From assembly GCA_963792585.1 (NCBI GenBank), contig CAWBWI010000001.1:961608-1025607 (forward strand): 64,000 bases of DNA, written 5' to 3'. Under the pieces are notes generated by a model that was given only the letters and a program-made list of their open reading frames with translations, was not told the DNA's origin and ran no database searches. This DNA comes from Candidatus Eiseniibacteriota bacterium. GTDB taxonomy: Bacteria > Eisenbacteria > RBG-16-71-46 > CAIMUX01 > VGJL01. Position 1 is the first letter of the stretch. Each line of letters starts with the position of its first letter. The position numbers and the translations under genes are program-made. Positions 29,727-41,004 of this stretch are shown one piece after another.

Positions 29727-30192
29727 CGTCTCCCCCTTCCAGAACCAGTCGTAGATCGCCGAACGTCGTGGCTTCGAGCAGGCGTTTGCGCGCCGAGGGC
29801 TCCTTGACGAGTTCCGCAATCTGACCTAACAACGGGAGGTACTCGTTGTTGCGGTCCTGAGGCGGCGCGACGATCAGGAAGAACAGATGAACCGGCTCTC
29901 CGTCCGGTGCTTCGAACTCGACGCCCTTCGCGTGGCGGGCAAAAAGGATCTTGATGCTCGAGATCGCGAGGCTCCGGCCGTGGGGAATCGCCACGCCCGA
30001 CCCGATCGCCGTTGACCCGAGGGACTCGCGCTTCTTGAGCATTTCGAGAAGCAGCTTCGAGTCACGGACCTCACGGTCCTGCGCGAGGCAATCGGCCAGT
30101 TCTTTGAGAATGCCATCCTTCGTCTTGGCGCGCAGATCCCGCACGAAGAAACGCTCGTCCAAATAGCGGAGAATCCTTGATGGTGCTGTCAT
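29719..30192 (-). CDS. ptsN: PTS EIIA type-2 (nitrogen-regulatory PtsN-like)
   Basis: 157 aa. KDGILKELADCL, the phospho-His context GSGVAIPHGR, and VHLFFLIVAP. Confidence 0.8.
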   Translation of the reverse strand: MTAPSRILRYLDERFFVRDLRAKTKDGILKELADCLAQDREVRDSKLLLEMLKKRESLGSTAIGSGVAIPHGRSLAISSIKILFARHAKGVEFEAPDGEPVHLFFLIVAPPQDRNNEYLPLLGQIAELVKEPSARKRLLEATTFGDLRLVLEGGDDV

Positions 30193-30277
30193 CGCAACCC
30201 TTCCGGCAGATCGAACCCCCTCGTCATCCCATCAGGAAACTTATCAGAGCACGATCGTCCCGGCAAGCTTCCGATCG

Positions 30278-31045
30278 TCAACGCGGCGTGTCAAAGCGAG
30301 CGATCGCGTCCGCTGAAATCCATCCCCGCAAACTCGCCGAGACCACAACTTCCTTCCAACCCTCGCGTTGCCGACCCAGGGATACCGGACTGCCGGCGGG
30401 AAGGCGGAACTCAACCGTCGAATCTTCCGCAGGCTCCGTGTGCGCGGCAGTCGCTTTCACCACAAGGGCCTGCGGAGAGAGCGAAGCCTGTCCGGCCTTG
30501 ACGGAGATCATCACGGCGGCTGCGATAGCGAGACTGAGCGCCCCCCATCGGAGCCGGCGGGCGCCGCGCTCCGCCTTGGGTCGCCACGAGTAGAGCAGCA
30601 ACGCTACGGCGATCCAGAGAAATCCCGTGCCCAATCGCACGCCGTCGGCAAGACCGATTCGATCTTCCAGGGAGACCAGCGCATCGAGGAGTGCGGAGGT
30701 CGATGGAATCTGTTCCGCGCCGAGAGCCTCACCGCGGGCAAGCGCGAGGTTGCTGCGGATGTCGGGATCGCGCGGCGCGCGACGCCGAGCCTGCTCGAAA
30801 TAGTAGACCGCCCAACCGAGTTCTCCGAGCTTGTACGACGTATTGCCGAGGTTCAGGAAGAGATCAGCCGACCCATAGCCCTCGCGAAGCGCTCCCCGAA
30901 AGGATTGAAGGGCCTGCGCGTAGTCGCCCGCCTGATAGGCGCGATTGCCTCCGGCGAAGGCCGCATTCGCCGCGGCGCGGGAGCCCGCATGGGTGGGACT
31001 GGCGACCCAGGTCCCAAGGCAGAGCAGGAGGATGAGCCTACGCAT
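30278..31045 (-). CDS. batE: BatE-like TPR + SH3-type membrane protein
   Basis: Internal start MRRLILLLCLGTWVASPTHA within ORF 30278..31363. TPR stretch AYQAGDYAQALQSFRGAL..LGNTSYKLGELGWAVYYFEQA. TM segments. C-terminal SH3-like ..GSPVSLGRQREGWKEVVV. Last gene of the Bat-type operon. Confidence 0.7.
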   Translation of the reverse strand: MRRLILLLCLGTWVASPTHAGSRAAANAAFAGGNRAYQAGDYAQALQSFRGALREGYGSADLFLNLGNTSYKLGELGWAVYYFEQARRRAPRDPDIRSNLALARGEALGAEQIPSTSALLDALVSLEDRIGLADGVRLGTGFLWIAVALLLYSWRPKAERGARRLRWGALSLAIAAAVMISVKAGQASLSPQALVVKATAAHTEPAEDSTVEFRLPAGSPVSLGRQREGWKEVVVSASLRGWISADAIARFDTPR

Positions 31046-32804
31046 TCCGACGCTCTCCCATCCGCGCCGCGCAGTCCGCGGCGAGCCGCACCGCGCCGGA
31101 GAGGTCATCGCGCGTCGAGTCGCTGCGGGGCGTGAAACGCAGGGTATCGGCACGCTCGAGCAATGCGGCCATCGATTGAGCCGCCTCGGGGTTCGCGCCC
31201 GAATCCACCAGGTAAGCCGCGAGAGCGCCGCGCGTGAGGCCGCGGATTTCGCTGCCATAGCGGCCGTCCAGGAACTCCTCCACGGCGCGGACGAGCGCCC
31301 CCCACGGATCCTGACGATCCGTCTCGACGCCGCGCAGCGCGCGGGTGAGTTGCCGGGGCGCATGCCGGATTCGCGCGCCGGTGGGGTCCCTCTCGATCAT
31401 GAGGCGGCGCCGCCGCGCGAAGATCCCGACCGCGAGCGCGCCCACCGGCACGAGCTGCAGAATCCAGAACCCGGCCTGTCGCCAGGGGCGTTCCCCGGCC
31501 AGCGGCGCGAGCCTCGAGGAATCGCGGATCGGACGCAGCGCCCCGCCGATCCGGCCGCCGCCGGCGTCCTGCACGACCGTGGCTGCTGCGATCGAGATCC
31601 GTCGGGCCGGAATCGAAAGGGTGCGGTAGCGGCCCTCTTGCGGATCGAAGTAGGCCCATGCGAGGCTCGGAATCTCCAGACCTCCGGCCGCCTCCGGAAT
31701 CAGGACCCGTGAGAAGCTCTTCGATCCGCCGACGGTTTGGATATCTTGCCTGGATCTCACGTCGCTTCCCCCGTCGATCCCGCGACACCCCGGGAGGTCC
31801 GGAAACCGGGGCCCTTCGATCGACGAGACGTTTCCGTCCCCCTCGATCGTCACGGTCCAGGTGATCGGTTGGCCTTGCGCGCCCGTCTCCCGATCGAAAC
31901 GTGCGCTCATGCTGAAGCTTCCCACCGCGCCGCCGAATCCATTGGGTTCGGGCTTGGGCAGGGGCTTGGCCCGCACCGTGCAGGGATTGGACGCTGGCTC
32001 CGCTTCCCTCTCGCGTCCTCCCATCCCGAAGAACGAGAAGGGGTCATTCGGATCGCGCCGCGAGTCGCGGTATTGCACGTGGACCCGTGCAGGATCGATC
32101 TTGAGCTCCCCGACGCGGGTCGGGAAAAGCGCCATTCTGACCTCGCTCACCCGATAGGATGCTCCGCCCCGGCGGACGACCGACTGGGGTACCTGCGGCA
32201 GGTCGACTTTCCAGAAGCCCTCGCTTTCGGGCGCGATGAATCGGGCGTCGAGCACCGCGACGTCGGCACGCGTCAGGAAGCGGACGCTCAGAATCGCCTG
32301 CTGGCCGACGTAGACCTCCGCGGGCTCCACGCGCATCTCGACCGCGATCGGTGGGGTCGGCCCTCGGTCTTCGACGCCGCCCGCATCGCCACGGTCCGGA
32401 GGGCTGCCGGCTGGAGGCGGCGTCGCCGCCTGGCCGGCCGTCAGGTCATAGGGACCCAGGGAATAGGAACGGCCGGAGACCTTCACGGTGACCGGCCCGA
32501 TCGAGTACGCGCCGCCGCGAAGGGCGAGAATCGCATACTGCCTTTGCAGCGTCTGTGAGAAGCGCCCGTTGACGAGCGAGAAGTTGCGACTCTCGCCGCC
32601 GCTTCGCACGCGGATCCCGTCCGGAGCGTGGAAGTCTGGCTCCCCCTCGAAGGAGCCCGAACCTTCGATCGTGATCGTCAGGATGGCCGGCTCTCCCAGC
32701 GTGACGGCCGCCGGGTCGAGCGATCCGGTCACGCGAACTTCCGCCCAGGCCGTGGAACACGCGGCGAGGAATGCGGCGACGAACAGGAACGCGCGAGTTA
32801 CCAA
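31038..32804 (-). CDS. batD: BatD-like oxygen-tolerance protein
   Basis: 588 aa with a signal peptide MVTRAFLFVAAFLAACSTAWA. Repeated beta-rich modules, a C-terminal TM (FWILQLVPVGALAVGIF) and a cytoplasmic tail. Position between the BatC-like and BatE-like genes. Confidence 0.7.
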   Translation of the reverse strand: MVTRAFLFVAAFLAACSTAWAEVRVTGSLDPAAVTLGEPAILTITIEGSGSFEGEPDFHAPDGIRVRSGGESRNFSLVNGRFSQTLQRQYAILALRGGAYSIGPVTVKVSGRSYSLGPYDLTAGQAATPPPAGSPPDRGDAGGVEDRGPTPPIAVEMRVEPAEVYVGQQAILSVRFLTRADVAVLDARFIAPESEGFWKVDLPQVPQSVVRRGGASYRVSEVRMALFPTRVGELKIDPARVHVQYRDSRRDPNDPFSFFGMGGREREAEPASNPCTVRAKPLPKPEPNGFGGAVGSFSMSARFDRETGAQGQPITWTVTIEGDGNVSSIEGPRFPDLPGCRGIDGGSDVRSRQDIQTVGGSKSFSRVLIPEAAGGLEIPSLAWAYFDPQEGRYRTLSIPARRISIAAATVVQDAGGGRIGGALRPIRDSSRLAPLAGERPWRQAGFWILQLVPVGALAVGIFARRRRLMIERDPTGARIRHAPRQLTRALRGVETDRQDPWGALVRAVEEFLDGRYGSEIRGLTRGALAAYLVDSGANPEAAQSMAALLERADTLRFTPRSDSTRDDLSGAVRLAADCAARMGERRNA

Positions 32805-33514
32805 TCCTTCTCCACCCGCGCGTTGCGCCCTTGTGTCCGCATGCGGTCGGCCTGCAGGTCCTTCTCCTCCTGTTTCAATCCGTCGAGAACCCGTTCCGCC
32901 TCCTTCTGGGTATAGTCCCCCGGCTCCGGAGCCGGCATCCTGGATTCATTCTCCTTTCGATCCTGCTCCGACGGCGACGGCTGCTTCTGCTCTTGCTGAT
33001 TCCGAGAATCCGGCGGCTGCTGCTCCTGCTGCTTCTGAGGATCCTGTCCCTGCCGCCTGTTCGGATCCTGCTCTGGGTTCTTCCCCTGCTGTTGCTGTTG
33101 CTGCTGCTGCGCCTGCTTGAGCCGAAGCGCCAGTTCGAGATTGTACTTCGTGTCCGCCGACCCGGGCTCCGCGCGAAGCGCATCCCTGTAGGCCTCGATC
33201 GCACCATCGGTCTCGCCCCCAAGCAGACGGGCATTGCCGAGATTGTGCCCCGCACGCGCGCGCAGCGCCGGATCCTTCGATTTCATGGCCGACTGCCAGG
33301 CGGCTTCGGCATCCTTCATCTCTTTCGAGCGGAATTGGACGTTGCCGAGGTTATAGCGCGCCTTCAGGTCGCCGGGCTCCTTCTGCAGGCGTTCCTCGTA
33401 GAGCTTCTTCGCCTTCGCGAGGTTCCCTTTCTGAAACGCCCGCTCCGCGGGACCGGCGATCGCGGGAAGCGCCAGGACCAGCCCCCCCAGGATCCATGCC
33501 TTTCGAAGCCTCAT
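32798..33514 (-). CDS. batC: BatC-like TPR protein with Q/E/K-rich tail
   Basis: Internal start MRLRKAWILGGLVLALPAIAG within ORF 32798..33718. TPR stretch GNLAKAKKLYEERL..YNLGNVQF..HNLGNARL. Low-complexity QQQQQQQQGKNPEQDPNRRQGQDPQKQQEQQ. ATGA overlap with the batB stop. Confidence 0.7.
   Translation of the reverse strand: MRLRKAWILGGLVLALPAIAGPAERAFQKGNLAKAKKLYEERLQKEPGDLKARYNLGNVQFRSKEMKDAEAAWQSAMKSKDPALRARAGHNLGNARLLGGETDGAIEAYRDALRAEPGSADTKYNLELALRLKQAQQQQQQQQGKNPEQDPNRRQGQDPQKQQEQQPPDSRNQQEQKQPSPSEQDRKENESRMPAPEPGDYTQKEAERVLDGLKQEEKDLQADRMRTQGRNARVEKDW
33086..33109 (-). repeat. Short CAG/CAA tract encoding Q8 in BatC-like protein
   Basis: Plus-strand CTGCTGTTGCTGTTGCTGCTGCTG; eight consecutive Gln codons on the minus strand. 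Confidence 0.8.
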
Positions 33515-34512
33515 GCGACCCTCCTTCGTTCCCCCAGGGTTCCTTCGATGAGGAGGAGGAGGACGGCGAGCACGGCCAGGTAGCCGAATCGCTCCTCGTA
33601 GCGGACGCCGAGGCCCCCTTCGAGATCCTCCTGTTGCAGATCGCGGAGCGCCTGCGCGATTCGCAGGGAGGCCGCGCCCGTCTCCGCGCGGACGTAAGAA
33701 CCGCCTGTCGCCTCGCACGCACGTTTGAGCGTGGTCTCGTCAAGACGCGTGAGTACCATTTGTCCCGACCGGTCCTTCTTGAACTCCACCGAGGCCCCGG
33801 GGCGCGCCGGAAGCGGGATCGGCTCCCCCTGCGTCCGACCGATCCCTATCGCGCAGATGCGAACGCGCGCCTGTTTCGCCTCCTCGATCGCCTTCTCGAG
33901 ATCTCCGTCGAAGGCCTCACCGTCACTGAGGATGATCAGGGCCCGCCCGCGACGCGGATCGTCCTGGAACGCAAGGACACCGCGGTGGATTGCATCGGCG
34001 ATGTTCGATCCGGGCTCCGGCGCGCTCGATGGGTCGAGCAAGGGAAGGAGCATCTGGATCGCCCCCCGATCGAGGGTGAGCGGGCACTGCAGGAATGCCT
34101 GTCCCGCGAAGCTGACGAGCGCAACCCGGTCCCCCTGAAGACGGTCGAGCAAGCCCAGGAGTTCCTGGCGGGCGCGCGCGCGACGGCTCGGCTCGATGTC
34201 GCGCGCCTCCATCGACAAGGAGTTGTCGACGGCGAGCACGACGTCGATCCCCCTCTGTCGCGTTTCGAGAACCCGGGAACCGTACTGGGGTCGGCTTGCC
34301 CCGATCACGAGGACGAGCACGGCGAAGACGAGGAGGATCGCCGAGGCCCGGCGACGCGGGGAACTCACCTCCGCGGCCAGGCGATCCCACGCCGAGGTGG
34401 CGATGATCCGGGACAGGTCGCGCCGCCGCCTGCGCTCCGAACCGATCAAGAAGAGGACGAGCAGCGGAATCGCCAGGAGACCCCAAAGGAGGTGAACGTC
34501 GCCGAATCGCAT
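33511..34512 (-). CDS. batB: BatB-like von Willebrand factor A domain membrane protein
   Basis: N-terminal TMs. MIDAS VVLAVDNSLSMEARD, ALVSFAG, IILSDGE. C-terminal TM. Confidence 0.8.
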   Translation of the reverse strand: MRFGDVHLLWGLLAIPLLVLFLIGSERRRRRDLSRIIATSAWDRLAAEVSSPRRRASAILLVFAVLVLVIGASRPQYGSRVLETRQRGIDVVLAVDNSLSMEARDIEPSRRARARQELLGLLDRLQGDRVALVSFAGQAFLQCPLTLDRGAIQMLLPLLDPSSAPEPGSNIADAIHRGVLAFQDDPRRGRALIILSDGEAFDGDLEKAIEEAKQARVRICAIGIGRTQGEPIPLPARPGASVEFKKDRSGQMVLTRLDETTLKRACEATGGSYVRAETGAASLRIAQALRDLQQEDLEGGLGVRYEERFGYLAVLAVLLLLIEGTLGERRRVA

Positions 34513-34521
34513 CTTGTCCTC

Positions 34522-35508
34522 CTACGGCAGCTTTCGCAGCGGGCCAAACCGCAGCAGGGTTTCGGTCAGGAGCAGGATGAGGGCCGGCAGGAGCATGTAG
34601 GGTCCAAACTCGCTGTAGTCGACATAGCTGCGCGTCTCGACGCGGGTTTTCTCCATGGTGTCGATCTGCTTGTAGATCGCCTCCAGCGCTCCCGCGTCGG
34701 TCGCCCGGAAATAGGAGCCGCCCGTGATCGAGGCGACTTCCTTGAGCGTCTCCTCGTCCACCTGGACCGGCATCATGACGTAGCGCTTGCCCCAGATCGG
34801 GTCGTCGACCGGGTAGGGCGCGTCCTCCTGCGATCCGGCCCCGATCGTGTGTATGCGCACCCCGACCGCCTTTGCGAGACGCGCGGCCGTGATCGGGTCG
34901 ATGGTGCCCGCATTGTTCCGGCCGTCCGTGAGGAGGATCAAGACCCGGCTCGGACTCGCGGACTCGCGGAGTCGATTCACGCCCGTCGCGATGGCCATGC
35001 CCACCGCCGTACCGTCCTTGATTCCTCCGAAATCGACCTGATCGAGCATCGACGTCAGGACCGGGTAATCCGTCGTCAGCGGACATTGCGTATACGCGCT
35101 CGACGCGAATACGACCAGCCCGATCCGATCTCCGATGCGGCCCTGAATGAAGTCGCGCGCGACCTGCTTGGCGACGTGGAGACGGTTGTCGGGCTGGAAG
35201 TCCTCGGCGCGCATGCTCCCGGAGATGTCGAGGCCGAGGACGATGTCGATCCCCTCCGAGACGATGAGTTCCTCCCGCTCTCCGTACAGGGGTCTCGCGA
35301 GGGCCACGATCAACAGGGCGATCGTCAGCGCACGGACCGGGTGGAGGAACGCGCGGGCACGCGACCGGAGAGACCCGATGCTCGGGAGACCGTCCGCATC
35401 CGCAAAGCCGAGGTGCGGCTCGAAGCGTCCGGGCCGGCGGAGACGGAAGAACAGCCAGACGACCGGCGCGAGCAGGCCGAGCAGGACCCAGGGATGGGCG
35501 AAGCTCAT
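34522..35508 (-). CDS. batA: BatA-like von Willebrand factor A domain membrane protein
   Basis: MSFAHPWVLLGLLAPVVWL, MIDAS IVLGLDISGSMRAED, LVVFASSAYTQCPLT, LILLTDGRNN. C-terminal TM. Confidence 0.8.
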   Translation of the reverse strand: MSFAHPWVLLGLLAPVVWLFFRLRRPGRFEPHLGFADADGLPSIGSLRSRARAFLHPVRALTIALLIVALARPLYGEREELIVSEGIDIVLGLDISGSMRAEDFQPDNRLHVAKQVARDFIQGRIGDRIGLVVFASSAYTQCPLTTDYPVLTSMLDQVDFGGIKDGTAVGMAIATGVNRLRESASPSRVLILLTDGRNNAGTIDPITAARLAKAVGVRIHTIGAGSQEDAPYPVDDPIWGKRYVMMPVQVDEETLKEVASITGGSYFRATDAGALEAIYKQIDTMEKTRVETRSYVDYSEFGPYMLLPALILLLTETLLRFGPLRKLP

Positions 35509-36485
35509 GCCGCCCCTCCCGTCGAGGGAGCCTCAGAGGACACCGTCGTCCCGCGCGCGAGCTGGCGGACGAGATCTCTCGAGCGCTCGAGGTAGTTCCT
35601 CGCCTCCGCCTGCAGCCGCTCCATGCGGGCATACTTGACGAGGTCCCCCTCGGCGAGCCAATCGCGCAATGCGGCGCGCTCGTTCGCCGAGGAGAGCCTT
35701 CCCCCAATCCAGTCCATCACCTCCGTCGAGGTCGATTCGAGCAGCGGGAGTCCGTGCACCCGTTCGAGGTAGAGACGAACCGCGCCGGACACCTCGTAGT
35801 AGAACTCCCTGTAGAGCCCCTGTTCAAGGATGCCCGAAGCAAGCAGCAGCGCGATCGCCCGCTCGAATTCCTCCTCCGGAGTCGGCCCGCTGATCACCGG
35901 AGCCTCGACGGCTCGGCGACGGCGACGGCGGTCCAGGAGTCTGGCGCCGAGGAATCCGCAGGCGGCCAGAAGGAGGGCCCCACCCGCGAACCATGGCCAG
36001 AGCGGCATGCCGGTCGACACCACGCCGCGGATGTCGCGCGCCCGCGACGGGTCGACCGGTTCTCCCGCCGCGATCGAACCGCCGATCGTCAGACGCGGCG
36101 CGGGACAGGCCAGGCGGAGAGATTCGCCTCGCGCGTCCACCCCACGCACGCGCAGCGATTCCGGTCCCACCGCGCCCAGGCGGTAAGCGGCCACCGTGAC
36201 CTCGCGCGTCCAGCGTTCGTTCGCACCCGACGCGCTCTTGACCACCTCACCGGCCCCCAGCCTCTTCCAGCCGCCAAGACTGTCCGCATCCCCGGGAAGC
36301 TGGGGACGCGTACCCTTGGGTAGCACCGCCTCGATCCTCAGCACAACCCGGTCGCCGAGGCCCGCAGAATCGGGTGCGATCACGGCGCGCAGTCCGACCC
36401 CGTCTCCCAGGGGTTTGCCATCCGGACGGCATCCTCCCAGCAGGAGGAATGCGAGCAGGATCGAGATCCTAGTGGCCCGCCGCAC
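35505..36485 (-). CDS. Membrane/lipoprotein of the Bat-type operon (DUF4381-like position)
   Basis: MRRATRISILLAFLLLGGC lipobox, an internal TM WPWFAGGALLLAACGFLGA followed by RRRRRR, and a C-terminal helical domain. It occupies the hypothetical-gene slot between DUF58 and batA. Confidence 0.55.
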   Translation of the reverse strand: MRRATRISILLAFLLLGGCRPDGKPLGDGVGLRAVIAPDSAGLGDRVVLRIEAVLPKGTRPQLPGDADSLGGWKRLGAGEVVKSASGANERWTREVTVAAYRLGAVGPESLRVRGVDARGESLRLACPAPRLTIGGSIAAGEPVDPSRARDIRGVVSTGMPLWPWFAGGALLLAACGFLGARLLDRRRRRRAVEAPVISGPTPEEEFERAIALLLASGILEQGLYREFYYEVSGAVRLYLERVHGLPLLESTSTEVMDWIGGRLSSANERAALRDWLAEGDLVKYARMERLQAEARNYLERSRDLVRQLARGTTVSSEAPSTGGAA

Positions 36486-37400
36486 GCCAGCGCTCCCTCC
36501 TCCGGAAATACCCTACCAATGGAGCGATCGTGTCGCCGTCGAGGAGGATCTCGACCGGCTGCACGCCGGCGCCGGTGAAGATCTCGTCCCGCTTGCGGCG
36601 TCGCGCGGTGACCTCCTGCTCGAAGCGCGCGCGGACTCGTGGATTCGAGGTATCCACCAGGCGTCGGCGTCCGGTCTCCAGATCGACCACTCCCAGCAGC
36701 CCGGCCCGCGGCAGGGTTTCCTCACGTGGATCGATGAGGACGACCGGCACGATCTCGTGCTTGCGCGCCGCAATCGAGAGGGCGTTCGCGTACGCGTCGT
36801 CCTGCAGGAAGTCGGATATCAAGAAGACGAGGCTTCGCCTTCGAAGCATCCGGGTCGTCCGCTCGAGGGCCTCGCCGATTCTCGTCTCCGTTCCCACGGG
36901 ATGGTGGAAGAGAACTTCGCGCACGATCCGCAGGACGTGCGAGCGCCCCTTTCGCGGGGGCACCCACTGCTCGAGGCGGTCGCTGAAGAGCAGGAGGCCC
37001 ACCTTGTCCTGGTTGACGGTGGCGGAAAAGGCCAGGACTGCCGTGGTCTCGGCGGCGACCCAGGCGATGTTGCGCTGGGAAGAGCCGAATCGGCTCGAGC
37101 CGGATCGGTCGACGAGGAAGATGACGGTCCGCTCCCGCTCCTCATGGAACTGCTTGATGAAGGGGCGATCCATCCGGGCGGTCACGTTCCAGTCGATGGA
37201 GCGCACGTCGTCCCCCGGGACGTACTCGCGCACCTCCGAGAACTCGATCCCGCGCCCCTTGAAGACGGCATGGTACGAGCCGGAAAAGAGCTCCCGGACG
37301 AGTCGGCGGCTTCGGATGTCGATTCGCCGCACGCTGCGGAGGATCTCGAGTGCGGCCTCCTGCGTCTCCTCGGGAGCGGGGGCGGCCGAGGTCACGCGCC

Positions 37401-37404
<4 letters not shown>
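36469..37404 (-). CDS. DUF58-family protein (MoxR partner, VWA-like)
   Basis: FKGRGIEFSEVREYVPGDDVRSIDWNVTARMDRPFIKQF..VIFLVDRSGS: typical DUF58 signature. ATGA overlap with the moxR stop. Confidence 0.8.
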
Positions 37405-38387
<983 letters not shown>

Positions 38388-38451
38388 GTTCTCACCTCCG
38401 GGTGCGGAACGCCCCTTTACCCTCTACGGTGGCGGGAGGTTCCCGGCGGAA

Positions 38452-38799
38452 TCAGCCGGGAGGCCAGTTCATGCGCCGCCCGCCCAGGACGTGCAGGTGG
38501 ATGTGGAAGACACTCTGGCCGGCGCCCTCGCGACAGTTCATGACGAAGCGGTAGCCGCCATCGGACAGCCCCTGTTCAGATGCCAGGCGGCGGCCCGTCA
38601 GGACCAGCTTCGCGACCAGCCCCCCATCGGCGTCGGTCAGATCATCCAGGGTCGCGATGTGCCGCTTGGGAATCACCAGGAAGTGCACGGGGGCCTGCGG
38701 CGCGATGTCATGGAAGGCGAATGTCTCCTCGTCTTCGTGAATCCGTTTCGAGGGAATCGCCCCCGAAACGAGCTTACAGAAGAGGCAGTCCTCCGCCAT
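38452..38799 (-). CDS. HIT-family (histidine triad) protein
   Basis: 115 aa. CLFCKLVSG and the HxHxH motif VFHIHLHVLGG. Confidence 0.85.
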   Translation of the reverse strand: MAEDCLFCKLVSGAIPSKRIHEDEETFAFHDIAPQAPVHFLVIPKRHIATLDDLTDADGGLVAKLVLTGRRLASEQGLSDGGYRFVMNCREGAGQSVFHIHLHVLGGRRMNWPPG

Positions 38800-38803
38800 C
38801 GAC

Positions 38804-40045
38804 CTACAGCTCCGGATAGAGCGGGAACGCGCGGGTCAGACCCCGCACGCCGTCCCGAACCTTCGACACCAGCCCTTCCTCCCCCTGAGCCTCGAGGACG
38901 TCCGCGATCCAACCGCCGATGGTGGCCATCTCCGCCTCCCCCATGCCGCGCGTGGTCAGAGCCGGCGTTCCGATCCGGACGCCGCTCGTGACGAACGGCT
39001 TCTGCTGGTCGAAGGGAACGGTGTTGCGATTGACGGTGATCCCCGCCGCCTCGAGCCACTTCTGGGCCTTGCTACCGGTCAATCCCCTGCTCGTCAGATC
39101 GAGCAGGAACAGATGGGTGTCGGTGCCGCCGCTGACCACGTCGAAGCCCCGCGCCATTACGCTCGATGCGAGCTTCTTCGCGTTCGCGACGACCTGGCGC
39201 TGATAGGCCTTGAACTCCTCCCCCATCGCAAGCTTGAAGCAGATCGCCTTGCCCGCGATCACGTGCATCAACGGTCCCCCCTGCATCCCGGGGAAGGAGG
39301 TCTTGTCGATCACTTCCCGGTGGGATTCCTTGCAGAGGATGAAGCCGGAACGCGGTCCGCGCAGCGTCTTGTGGGTCGTCGACGTGACGATGTCCGCAAA
39401 GGGCACCGGGCTCGGGTGGACGCCGGCCGCGATGAGCCCCGCAATGTGGGCCATGTCGACCATCAGGTAGGCGCCCACGGAGTCACAGATCTCCCGGAAT
39501 CGCGGAAAATCGAGGGTGCGGCTATAGGCGCTCGCCCCGGCGAGGATCAGCTTGGGCCTGTGCTCGCGGGCGAGACTGGCCAGTTCGTCGTAGTCGATCA
39601 CCTTGGTCTCGCGGTGAACGCCGTAGGCGACGACCTTGAAGAAGCGCCCGGAGAAGTTGACCGGGTGTCCGTGGGTGAGGTGGCCGCCGTGGGAGAGGTT
39701 CATCCCGAGGATGGTATCGCCGGGTTCCAGAAGCGAGAAGTAGGCGGTCAGGTTCGCCGAGCTCCCGCTGTGGGGTTGCACATTGGCATGCTCGGCTCCG
39801 AACAGCTCCTTGGCCCGCTGGATCGCGAGAGTCTCGACCTGATCCACGAATTCGCACCCGCCGTAGTAACGCTTGCCCGGGTACCCTTCCGCATACTTGT
39901 TCGTCATCACCGAACCGACCGCTTCGAGGATCGCCGGATGGGTGAAGTTCTCCGAAGCGATCATCTCGAGGGTGTCGCGCTGGCGCCTCAGCTCGAGATC
40001 GATCGCCGCAGCGACATCCGGATCCACTGCCTTAAGAAAACGCAT
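38804..40045 (-). CDS. glyA: Serine hydroxymethyltransferase
   Basis: 413 aa. [21 protein letters not shown], and the PLP-lysine context [15 protein letters not shown]. Confidence 0.95.
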   Translation of the reverse strand: MRFLKAVDPDVAAAIDLELRRQRDTLEMIASENFTHPAILEAVGSVMTNKYAEGYPGKRYYGGCEFVDQVETLAIQRAKELFGAEHANVQPHSGSSANLTAYFSLLEPGDTILGMNLSHGGHLTHGHPVNFSGRFFKVVAYGVHRETKVIDYDELASLAREHRPKLILAGASAYSRTLDFPRFREICDSVGAYLMVDMAHIAGLIAAGVHPSPVPFADIVTSTTHKTLRGPRSGFILCKESHREVIDKTSFPGMQGGPLMHVIAGKAICFKLAMGEEFKAYQRQVVANAKKLASSVMARGFDVVSGGTDTHLFLLDLTSRGLTGSKAQKWLEAAGITVNRNTVPFDQQKPFVTSGVRIGTPALTTRGMGEAEMATIGGWIADVLEAQGEEGLVSKVRDGVRGLTRAFPLYPEL

Positions 40046-40057
40046 CCCATCCCCTCC

Positions 40058-40981
40058 CTAATTCAGTTCCGTGAGCCAGCCGTGCACATCCTTCACATCC
40101 CCGCGGATCAGCCCGAAGAAGGCGTCCTGAAGCTTGTGCGTGATCGGACCCGGTTCTCCCTTTCCAACCGGGATCTTGTCGATCGATCGGATCGGGGAAA
40201 CCTCCGCGGCGGTCCCGGTGAAGAAGGCTTCATCGGCGACGTAGAGAAGTCCTCGCGGGATCCGCTGCTCCAGCACCTCGAGGCCCATCTCGCGCGCGAG
40301 GTGGATGATCGAGTCCCGGGTGATTCCAAGCAGGATGCTCGAGGACAACGGGGGCGTGAACACGATGCCGTCGCGCACCAGGAAGAAGTTCTCTCCCGAC
40401 CCCTCACTGACGCAACCGTCGTTGGCCAGGGCGATCCCCTCTGCGTAACCGTTCAGGATCGCTTCCATCTTGATCAACTGGCTGTTCATGTAGTTCGAAC
40501 CGCATTTCGCGATCGGCGGGAAGGTGTTCGCGCTCTGCCTGTTCCACGAAGAGACGCAAACGTCGATCCCCTTGGCGATCGCGTCGTCTCCCAGATACTT
40601 CCCCCACTTCCAGACGAGGATGGCGACGTCGGTCCGATTCTTCAGGGGGTTGACACCAACCCCGCCCATTCCTCGATAGACGACCGGCCGGATGTAGCAC
40701 TCGGTGAAGCCGTTGGCTTTGATCGTCTCGACCGCGGCCCGCTCGAGTGTCTCCAGATCGAACGGAATCTCCATCCGATAGATGCGCGCCGAATCGAAGA
40801 GCCGGCGCATGTGCTCGTGAAGCCGGAAGATCCGGGGTCCCTTCGGCGTGTCATAGCAGCGGATCCCCTCGAAGACGCTCGATCCATAGTGGATCACATG
40901 GGAGGCGAGGTGGATGTTCGCGCTTTCCCATGGGACCAAGGCGCCGTTCATCCAGACCTTGTCCGCCAGCTTGTCACTCAT
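40058..40981 (-). CDS. ilvE: Branched-chain amino acid aminotransferase
   Basis: Internal start MSDKLADKVWMNGALVPWESANIHLASHVIHYGSSVFEGIRCY within ORF 40058..41230. ..YIRPVVYRG.., ..GENFFLVRDGIVFTPP... Confidence 0.85.
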   Translation of the reverse strand: MSDKLADKVWMNGALVPWESANIHLASHVIHYGSSVFEGIRCYDTPKGPRIFRLHEHMRRLFDSARIYRMEIPFDLETLERAAVETIKANGFTECYIRPVVYRGMGGVGVNPLKNRTDVAILVWKWGKYLGDDAIAKGIDVCVSSWNRQSANTFPPIAKCGSNYMNSQLIKMEAILNGYAEGIALANDGCVSEGSGENFFLVRDGIVFTPPLSSSILLGITRDSIIHLAREMGLEVLEQRIPRGLLYVADEAFFTGTAAEVSPIRSIDKIPVGKGEPGPITHKLQDAFFGLIRGDVKDVHGWLTELN

Positions 40982-41004
40982 CGTCCCCTCCCGGCCGTTG
41001 ACCG

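Noticed and set aside
33086-33109. CAG/CAA tract as a contingency (phase-variation) repeat
   Set aside because: It is in-frame, interrupted (CTG/TTG mix) and only eight units long. Q-rich tails seem to be a normal feature of BatC-type proteins.
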